NCBI RefSeq assembly: GCF_902459465.1
Contig: NC_047065.1
Coordinates: forward strand, 868,001 to 932,000
Source: Asterias rubens
Taxonomy: Eukaryota
DNA: 64,000 nt
Direction of reading: 5' to 3'
In this document: piece by piece, positions 22,781 to 32,859 of the stretch
How positions within the stretch are numbered: position 1 is the first letter of the stretch
Layout of the letters: every line of letters begins with the position of its first letter
Program-made: the position numbers and the translations under genes
The notes under the pieces: model-generated
What the model saw: the letters and a program-made list of their open reading frames with translations, nothing else
Databases searched by the model: none
What the model was told of the DNA's origin: nothing

Positions 22781-25700
22781 ATGGCTGTTCAGGACGTGAA
22801 AGGATCTATTGTACTTCCAGGCTCTAGCGTTCCTGGGTTCTTGTCAAAGTTGTGGCTTCTTGTGGATGATGCAGAGAATGACGAATTAATTGGATGGAGC
22901 CAAGTAAGTTTGGGAAAGATCTGCAGACTAGACTCGAATGTTGATCGTCTCAACAAAAAGTCATGTCTAAATTGTCATTATCGAGTATACTTCAACGTTT
23001 TGTTCAATTCAATTTCAATTTCGACCGATATTAAATTTGAAATGAGACTATACAGATCACTCAGCGCAGTAGGCTCAGCAGGAAATTGGAAAATTCAACA
23101 TGAACTTCAGTTCAAAATAAAGAAAAACTCTTGCTTTTAAAAGTTGCTTGTGCCCCAAAAAAGAAATTAATAAAGTATGCCACTAACTGTCTGACCTTGT
23201 CAGAGCATGACAAAATTGACATAGCAGGGAGTGTCTGTGTCAAGACCAGCTCCACCAAGAAAATGGCTCATTTATTTATATAGTTTCATTATTATTACCC
23301 TCTTGATTCAAACACAAAGGCAAAGTGTCTGTTCCTCTTAACTCACTCTGTTTTTCTGGACTTGGTGAGTTCGGGATATCATGGACATGAGTTGACGTAA
23401 CATGATTAAGGGAATAAAACTAAAAGGAAATAAATAAATAAAATTAATTCATTTGTAGTCTGCACTTTTCCCATAGGTGACTACAAAGGGGTCTTCATTC
23501 AAGGCTCCCTGCATGCTCAATGTGTATTATTTTTCTTAAAAAACACATTTTTTTTATGAATATGACCTGTTGTTTATTACACTCGAGTGAAAAATAATAA
23601 ATAAACAAACTAAATGTAAAAATACAGTACTAATTACATTGTTCTTTTTGTAGTTGACCATAACCATGGAGGTAGATACCTCCATGCCATAACATACACA
23701 GAAAACCCATCTCAAAATAAGATACATTTATAAACAATTATGTATAAAACCTGAAATTAAAATAAAATATGAACGATCATTAATTATGGAAAAAACTTTA
23801 CTTGTGTTCTTATTGCAGAATGGAAGCAGCTTCATCGTTCAGGACCAGACCCGGTTTGCCAAGGAAATCTTGCCCAATTATTTCAAGCACAACAACATGG
23901 CAAGCTTCATCCGTCAACTCAACATGTGTAAGTTCTCCATAGTTAAGGGAACAATAAGACTGTCGTCCTTTTTTGTAAAGGGAGTCCTAAATAAATTATT
24001 AACATCAACTGGCAATGAATAGTTCCCCATCGTTGTATTGATTGCATGTTATTAGTGATTGATTTGTACACGTAAATTGGTTATTAGTGATTGATTTGTA
24101 AATTATAAACTAGTTTACCATAAATTAATTTCAAAAAGTTTGAAGCCTTTTTTAACATATCGCTGAATATCAAGAGTGGGTATGTACATGCAGGAAGAAT
24201 AATCCGTAACTAAAACACAAAATCTGAGAAATGTGACACAGTAAGGTTTCTCTTATTGAAAATGCTGGGCGATAAAAACTTTCTTTTTGTAATAACCACA
24301 TTAATTCAAAGTGAAATGATTCTCAAAATGCTTAAAACTATCCACAGCTGCTGTACCTCTAACCGAGTGAGTTCATAATACCATAATAAAGCTACACCTT
24401 CCCTTTAAACAGTGTTCTGGCTTGATTTTTCAGATGGCTTTCGGAAGAAGGCAAACCTGGAACATGGTACTCTCAAAGCGGAGAAAGATGACATTGAGTT
24501 TCAGCACCCAAACTTCAAGAGAGGGAAAGTGGGACAGCTTGAACTCATCAAAAGGAAGGTATGTTGAGAAACAAGTGTCACTGAAAGCATTGTTGACATT
24601 GTTGATCCTGCTTTTTGGAAAAGTCAACACAAAAGGGGTGTTTGGTTTATTTTTGTTGTTGTTGTTTTATAATGATAACTCAGTGACGCTCCTGGCGCTG
24701 TAACATACAGTTATTTCCTGCAAGGTATGTGGGATAACGTTTGAATTATGATACCTAATCCTTAGCACCATGTAATGGTTTACAAGGTGCTATGGCGCAA
24801 TGTGCTGCCAATAAAACCAGCAACACCTGGGCAAACCCCCTTTTTATTTACATGTGTAAACAATACACGCTTTCGTGCCTTCCGAAAGGATGAAGTATCA
24901 TAGTTAGGTTGGTGTCTTGCTCAAGGACACAGGTGTCAGGACTCCACACCCAAACTCTTCTGAACAGAAACACCAGAGTTTGAATCCGGCGCTCTTAACC
25001 AGTAGGACATGACACGCCACGCCATGTTTTGTGTTCAAAGGAGAGTTAGACTCCTTCTGTTTTTGTACTCGACAGTGAGGCTCTAGTCTTACAAAATAAA
25101 CCTCTTTCAGGTGTCCGCTCGGGAGGAGTCGAAGCTTAGAATTGACAACGTACATCTTCTCCTGAACGATGTCCAAGACATGAAAGGCAAACAAGACAAC
25201 CTCTCGGGCACTTTGGAGGGTATTCAGAGGTAAGCATACATGTCTGTCAAATCTCCAAAATATGCCAAATAGTTTTTTTTTTTTTTTTCAATTTGAAAAA
25301 AGGGTAATAGATAACCCTAAAGATATTTTTGTGCCTCTCAGCCTCACTTTATTTTGTATGTATGAGGCAAAGAAAAACGCCTTAGTTTAAAAATCACTTT
25401 TACGTGTTCCTTTTGGTAGAGAGAATCAGGTATTATGGAGGGAAGTGGTTCATCTCAGACAGCGGCATGAGAAGCAGCAAAAGATTGTGAATCGTCTGAT
25501 CCAGTTTCTGATCACAATGGTCAAACCAGTCGGCCTTAAGAGAAAACAGTGAGTACATCCAATCAGATTATAAATTAACAAAATAACAGGGATGCTGTTG
25601 ATACCCCCTCATCTCTTTTTTTATATACTGTAGCTAACGCAAAATATAACCAAAAAGTGTTCGTATCTGTGAGCATCTTGACCTTGCCACTTGACCTGTG

Positions 25701-28700
25701 AAAAATAACTTGTCACCTTTGACCTTGTTCAGCCCCAAAACAATCCAAACTTTCCCTTCTCTAAGACAAGGGGCAGCTGATGCCATAGCCTCCATTTGGT
25801 TCCAAGCCTGCAGCATTAATTACTATCCAGTTCCATTTTTTTTTCACTTAGCACTTTATTTAAAAACCACAAAACCATTATTGAATCCAATGAACAAGGC
25901 AAAAGCAAAAAAAAAATTAATGTAATAATTTGTCAGTATTTTTCATAATTTTGTAATTGTATTATGTTTATTTTGAATCAGGCAACTGATGCTTGAGCCA
26001 GCCCCAGAAGAAAGTAAATCCAAGTACTCAAGATATGCACCTTATAGTGAGGCTCACCAGCTCGTTAGCCAACAACCTGTAAGTTGAAAACAACAGAATT
26101 CAAGAGAATCATCAGTTTTGGATTGATTGTGCATAGGATTTTGGAAAATATTTCTGCTCACAAATTGCTATGGAAAAATATTGAATAAAGGACTTACTTA
26201 GGATTGTGTGTTTCAGACAAATAAACGTAGATGATTTTCCATGAGTTTTGTTGCAAATTGCATGGAGAACTTTCCAAAACAAAGTCTTCCGACAGGACAA
26301 GTGGGTGTAACTGGACATTTTTCAGCGCTCTTGTGCAACCTTTTTTTCAGTAGAATTGAATCTTTGCATGGTAGAAATACGACTGTTTTACAATCTGGTT
26401 TTCAGCATATCTCGTACCTTGCCCTTATTAAAGTCTTTGTAACCATAACACCGTTAACAATCTTGACTCTATGTTGCAGCTACAGAGTACGTATGACACT
26501 GATCTTGACAACCTGCCGGGCTTAAGTGATTCAGAACCCATCTTGGCAGATGTAACCGAACTTCCCGTTGAGGCCTTCCGAGCATGTCCGAGCAACGATG
26601 GTGATAATAACAGTGCAGTGCCAGCCGAGCTCGATGCATCCACAGGACAACTTGACCCCTCTCTATTTGACCTTGAAATATCCGCTGACTCAACAGATGA
26701 CGTCAACTCACCCATTGTCACATCACCAGGTAGCATGGTACCATCCACCCTTCCTTTGTCCGCCGATCTGGAGCTATCACCTGGCTCTTACAGCAGCAGC
26801 TCCACCATGGCTCCATTTGGGGTCGGAGGAGCAGATCATCAGATTGTAAGCACTAAAGGGAATAGCTTCGGACTTGATGCAGGACCAATTCCATCCATGG
26901 GGGATTTGTCATCTAGGACAAATTCTTATCCAAACTCAAAAAGTCTGGTGAAGAGAATGCCTTCACATGATGAGCAGCGGTGAGTCAGCACAAAAAGCCA
27001 TAGCACTTTAAGTCTTTAATTCTGTTATTGTGGAGTGTTGGTGGACGAGCTGTTCACTACACCAGGCCAAGGTTGTCAGAGTTTGGTTTGTTGTTCCAGT
27101 TATGACACATTTGTCTTTAAGCAAGACACTTGCTCCCCTTGGTGTTTCTGGCATAGTTTAGCTGCAGATTTAATAATATATATATTATGAAGGAACGCCT
27201 AACATCACAAGGCCCCAAATGGCCACTTCAAGATGAGGGCTACACTATAAATGATTTGGGCTATCGAATGGGTTTCACCTGCTAGAAGTCTGGCTGATAG
27301 AACAGGATGCATTACCATCCCTACTTTTTAAGAAGCATTTATGGTAAGTGCCTTGCTCAAGGGCACAAGTGTCATGAATGGGTATCGAATCCACACTCTG
27401 CTGCTGACAGTACCAGAGCTTGTGTCATGACACACCATGATTGCACACAGCATATTCTATACCTGTAACCAGTTAACTTTATAATTGTGTCTCACACTTT
27501 AAGATAGCTCTGACATAAAATTTGAGCACTTTGAGATTTGAAATAAAATGTTGTATATAAATAGTGCATTTAATATTTTTTTAATAATGACTTTTTTTAT
27601 TTCTAGGCATGAAATTGGAGAGCATGTCACAACTGTTCAGGACAATTTAGACATGATCCAAAATTTGCTGACATCTATCGGACCTTCTGATGGCTACAGC
27701 CTTGACATGGATTCACTGCTGGGGGTAAATAAAAGAAAGAAAACACCTCTTTGGGTTGTTTCTAAGAACAAAAATATTTGTTAACCCCCCCCCCCCCCCT
27801 TAATCTTTAGGAAAGTAACAACAAAGAAAAGTTAAAGACATTTTACGAGTTTCCATTCTGAGTACTGTTTGAAGCAATAAGGTCTGATGCTGGAAAGAGA
27901 CATTACTCATTAACAATTTAAAAGGGGTGTGACACTAGGGTTATGTTCATTCTTAGGTATGTGGAAGCTTTATAGTTCCAGAGCGCAACTCGTGGAAGAG
28001 CTTATATATTTCCAATTCTGAGGACTTTGTTGGGTTAAAGGAATAATTAGATACTGCTGTGAAAATCTTGAGTCTAATGAAAAGAAGACAATGAAGTGTT
28101 CACTGTTCGTTCTTTTCCTCTCTCTTTGCAGATTTTCAGCTCAGATAATAGTGGGAGTACCACTGAGCCGGTACGTTAATGTAGCTTTAGCGTATCAATG
28201 TTAGTCATAGGTGCATTGATTACATTATGTCTGATTTGATGGTTAGTAGGCTCTAAATGTCCTAAAGACTTAAAAAAGGCAAAAAGACTTAAAAAGGCAA
28301 AAGTGAGTTGTTACACTAACTTTCGTTGTAGGCCATTAACCCTAATCAGCCCTAATCCAGTTGGTATTTTACCTCGGGAACTTAAAAATCCATTTTAATG
28401 TTTGCTAGTCTTGTTACATTTAAATCATGTTTTGCTTTCACTTTTTAAAGTAAAGAAGACTACCAGCCGAGATTTTAAATCCCAAAATCTGTTTTTATTT
28501 CACCAGGACCTGTTTCCACCTCCGAATGATAATATGTCTACGCTGCTTTTTAACCCGGATTCAAACACCACAGGTGAGAATGAGAGTTTGTCTGTTCTTT
28601 AAAGATATTTTGCAGAGACCCTGTAATTCCTTTATAAATGCTTCCAGGTTTTGGTTGGATTGGATCAGTTTTCCTTGGTGAATAAAACCAACGTTAAGTT

Positions 28701-29528
28701 TCTTTCTAATAATTGGTCTACTTTGGGGTTGAAAAAATACAAATTCACAAGGCAGGATTTGAACCAAGGACCTCTAGATTAACGTACCGGAACTCTACTA
28801 ACTGAGCTATCTATATATAGCCCTGTGTTGATGGTTGACAGGTTTTCTGCTTGAACAAGCTAGGGGCCAAGGCCATGCTCATGCACCACCCCTAAGAAAC
28901 ACACTACCATGTAATCATGCTATTTTTAACACAAATAATAAGCACATATTAAGATAATATTGAAAAGATAACTTTTTTGTGACTAGCCAGCAAGACCAGT
29001 TAGTTTTACATTTCACTGGGCCATCAGCCTTTTCACTAGTCATACTGTTTAGTTAATTTGTTGCTTTCTCTTGTATAAATTGGTTTATTTGTTTGTAAAG
29101 CGCATTGAGAGTACTTGCAGAACTGAATTGGGCTATATAAGTATTTATTCTTCTTATTGTTATTATTATAATATGGATGCTTTTAACATTGAACTATCCA
29201 CACTGACCACTTTGAGAGAATTTTTGGCTGGTCCTCAGATGTTTTAAGTGCCACTTGGCCAGCAGACCACTTAAGGGAAAGTGCTGGCATAATATCAAGG
29301 GTGTTACACAATTGGTTAAAAGCTTTAAAATAACCCTTAGGAATCCCAGACGACTGAAGAGACCTATGTTTGAATTCATTCATACTGAATTTTCCCCCCG
29401 CAGGCACAGAATTGGTTCAGTACGTCTCCCCTGGCGATGACGATGATGATTCATTACTGCAGTCACTTAATGAAGACTCAGATGCCTTGGAGAAACTATC
29501 AGCCGTTTATGATCACACAGTAGATTAA
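22781..29528 (+). CDS. HSF1: Heat shock factor protein 1 (516 aa)
   Basis: Exons 22781-22903, 23819-23927, 24434-24558, 25111-25229, 25420-25548, 25982-26078, 26480-26979, 27607-27724, 28132-28170, 28507-28573 and 29404-29528 total 1551 nt in frame. They encode the HSF DNA-binding domain (FLSKLW...[20 protein letters not shown]...[10 protein letters not shown]), HR-A/B (ENQVLWREV...[12 protein letters not shown]), HR-C, and a GTELVQY activation motif. Confidence 0.97.
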
Positions 29529-29895
29529 TATTCTGTTTAATAGGCATGGCTCGATCCACAACAATCCACAAGACAGCATGGGTCATTTTTACAAAGATAC
29601 TGGGCCTTGAATTTCATCTTTGATAGTACAAGTCCATTTCTTAAAGTCTATGGGAAACTAATGAAGGGGCACCAAGGCCAAGACTAGGTTTTTTCTTAAA
29701 GTCTATGGGAAACTAATGAAGGGGCACCAAGGCCAAGGGCAACAGAGGCAATGACCCCAGTGGTCTCTTATGAAATTCCAGGCCTGAGTCCTAGAACTCT
29801 TTAGGAGTTATTAAAAACATAAGGCTAGTCCCAAGTTAGGCGCGTCCTAACTCGAGATAAGACTAGTCTTAACTCTTACACCCCAACAGCCGATG

Positions 29896-30111
29896 TCACG
29901 AAACTTTACGCAACTGCATAAGTCTACTTTCGCAACATTTATGGCACAAGGATGACCATAAATGTTGCGCAAGTGGACGTACACAGTTGCGACAAGTTTC
30001 GTGAAATCGGCTGCAGGATTGTTGCTCAGAATCTTTACTGGACTGGGATTTGATTAACAATACCACAATCGAAATGAGAAGAGAATAAGTGAAAAATCTA
30101 AACTGCTTCAT
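29896..30111 (-). CDS. Candidate secreted six-cysteine cationic peptide (defensin-like), 71 aa
   Basis: Clear signal peptide MKQFRFFTYSLLISIVVLLIKSQS. The mature part has C-x6-C-x2-C-x12-C-x2-CC and a net charge of about +4 plus 3 His. It is a single exon and there is no expression evidence. Confidence 0.55.
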   Translation of the reverse strand: MKQFRFFTYSLLISIVVLLIKSQSSKDSEQQSCSRFHETCRNCVRPLAQHLWSSLCHKCCESRLMQLRKVS

Positions 30112-32251
30112 TTGAACAAGACGCTATGGCGAGATTTATCTCTTCTATGTTATGAGTGATACTCAGCAGGATTGAAGATGATGTGAGACTCAAACTCAAC
30201 ATTTGAACCTCATTCTTTTGAGACAAAGATGTGGAATTGGAAATTTGAGCCCTGCGTGGGTAGTGCGTGATGTCAACTTTTTACACTTGATGCTTATTTG
30301 CAAGATGATATATTATTTGGGAAAGTTCCCTACATATTTTTTAGACATTTTATTTTTACTTTAAAAAGAATGTTGAACTGGTCACAGGTGCTATTTCTTA
30401 AAGGGTACCCTTTGAAGAGAATTGAAATTGTAAATGTTTGTAATTTGATGAAAAAGCAATGAACGTAGTCACCAAAGTGTATATCAGGGTCGGAAGAGGA
30501 CCTTGTAGGAATATGGGTTTTACACAGAGGTAAAACACTGGCGTCGGTAGGACCATGGAGCTATAAATAGCTCGGTATGACCATGGAGCATAGCTCCGTA
30601 GGACCATGGAGCTATAATAAATAGCTCTATGGCTGGACTGTTGGTTTGCACTAAGGGGAAACAGTTGCATGTGTGCAACCATCAAGACATGGTACCTGAG
30701 TAATTTGATTTGATTTGAATGTATTCTGATAAAAACACGAATGTGGCAAAAATATGTACACAGTAGCAGGGGGTTATACAAAAAAATAAAAAAATGTTGA
30801 AAACAGGAAAGAAACTTTGCACAAAATTATCAAGAAATAGGAGTTTATATACATATAGAAAGTGTTGTTACTTTGTGAAAGAAACCCTGAATAAAGGGGA
30901 AAAGGAGGCCTTGTGTGTCAAGTTAAAATTCTGTATGGAAAGGGAAGCACGCAAAAGAGGCAATTAAAAAGGTTAATTTAGAAAATGTCAACCAAAAAGT
31001 TATTGGTATGATTAGACCTTGCACTCTACAAGAGAAGCTGTTTATCTTAGAAGGTTATTATTACACAAAAACAGGAACATGTTCTTCAAGTGGTGCAATG
31101 TTGTGGACTTGCAGTTGAAGGACACTCATAAGACTACAGGGTGTAGATCATTTGTTGGCTGCCTTATTTGCTTAGAAGCTTTAGTTTTTGTTGTTGAGAC
31201 TGAAATTGTTGGCTAATATTTCTATTGAAAAACACAAAATTAAAAGTCAGGATCCATTTAAAAGAAATTGTTTTACTTTTTTTATCTGAGAACCCCAAAC
31301 TGTATGAAATGTAGGGTCTTGTACATTGTGTGACGTATACATAACATTGTAAGAGATTTAAACAAGCTGGCACTAGCTTGATATAACCAGTAAGCACAGT
31401 AATTATCATGTTAATAATGTCAACAATATTTGCGCTAAGCAACTGGCTCATTTGAATCTAACTCAAAGAGTTGTGACTGGTATTGCACTACTGCAGTATG
31501 GCTTTGCTTGTGCAAAGTCGGTTAAAAACTAAATTTGCCGAAATTTCAGAGCGTTGGACTTGATCGAGTCTTTTCTCAAAATAGTACAAGAGAATAGGGT
31601 TTTACATTATCATAATAAACATCAATATGTCAGTTTTTTTTCTGAATTAACAAAGCAAAAGACTTGAAGGGAGGGTATACCTATTGTAATTACTTTACAG
31701 TACTAAGTAACTTCTGACATAACACAATTCATATATGAACTTTTACAAGCTGCACACTACATGCTTAGTAGACCAATAAGCCACTTTAAAAAGGAAGAGA
31801 AGGTGGTTTTGTCCAGCTTTAAGAACTTTGTAGTTACAGGTTAAAAAAGTGAAACGTCATGTGATGTTATGGTTTGCCATTGTGGCTGTTCTCTACAAGT
31901 GTTTACAAATTAGATAACATTTGCTAAACAAAATATTAGCAGCTAAGCATGGATCAACTACACATGAGAAATGTTTAGATCTACACAAATAATTTGACTA
32001 AATTTATTAGTTTATTGAAAGAGTGGCTTTTTCTGCGTTGTCCCAATCAAACGAAACTTATTTCAAATAGATTGTTATTTGTTGTAGTTAAGCGTTTTAC
32101 TTTGGTTTCATTTGGTAGTTTAGCTCGAGCTGTGTCCACATCTTGTAAATGAAAACATGTACATTAAAATATTCATGCAAACTTCCTGAATTCTGGATTA
32201 AACCCAGTCTGTTGCCGTTTTATTTAGTTTCTTATGTGTTTTCTCTATAGT

Positions 32252-32423
32252 AACAAATATTGACTGCTTCGAGTGCCATGGTTAAAACTATGACTCCCGA
32301 GGTGATCCCCGGAGCGTTCTATTTTCCCGAGGCGAAGCCGAGGGAAAATAGAACGCTACACGGGGATCACAGAGGGAGTCATAGTTTTAACCATTGCACG
32401 AGTCAAAGCAGTCAATATTTGTT
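32252..32423. repeat. ~170-bp near-perfect inverted repeat (palindromic non-autonomous element)
   Basis: aacaaatattgactgctt...aactatgactccc...gcgttctattttccc gaggcgaagccga gggaaaatagaacgc...gggagtcatagtt...aagcagtcaatatttgtt. Confidence 0.9.
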
Positions 32424-32649
32424 TTATTACACCCCAAACATTTCTAAATACTGTACTATTATTATTTAGTTACAGACCTGAATGCTACAATCCACGGACG
32501 ACGCGAATACAGATTGCAAAAACTTTTACTGGGTGCATGTAGTGTCGTGCAATCCGAAATGGTTTATTAATTTATCATCCTCGTACACGCAACGGACGTC
32601 TGGGTACTGCAAGGAGTGTGCTAGTCTTCGGACTAGCGCACGGCAAACC

Positions 32650-32859
32650 GACGCACTATCACACGGCCGTCGTCTAGCAAAACTAAGACATGTCATGTGA
32701 CGCGCTCTAAACCAATGAGCAGGCAGAATACTTGCAAGGGGTGTTCTACATTATAACACCCCTTGCAAGTATTCTGCCTGCTCATTGCTCATTGGTCATT
32801 AGAGCGCGTCACATGACATGTCTTAGTTTTGCTAGACGACGGCCGTGTGATAGTGCGTC
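32650..32859. repeat. 210-bp near-perfect inverted repeat, abutting a second small MITE (32857-32971)
   Basis: Arms of about 100 bp (gacgcactatcacacggccgtcgtctagc...gcaaggggtgtt) around a 9-nt loop ctacattat, with one small indel region. Confidence 0.9.
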
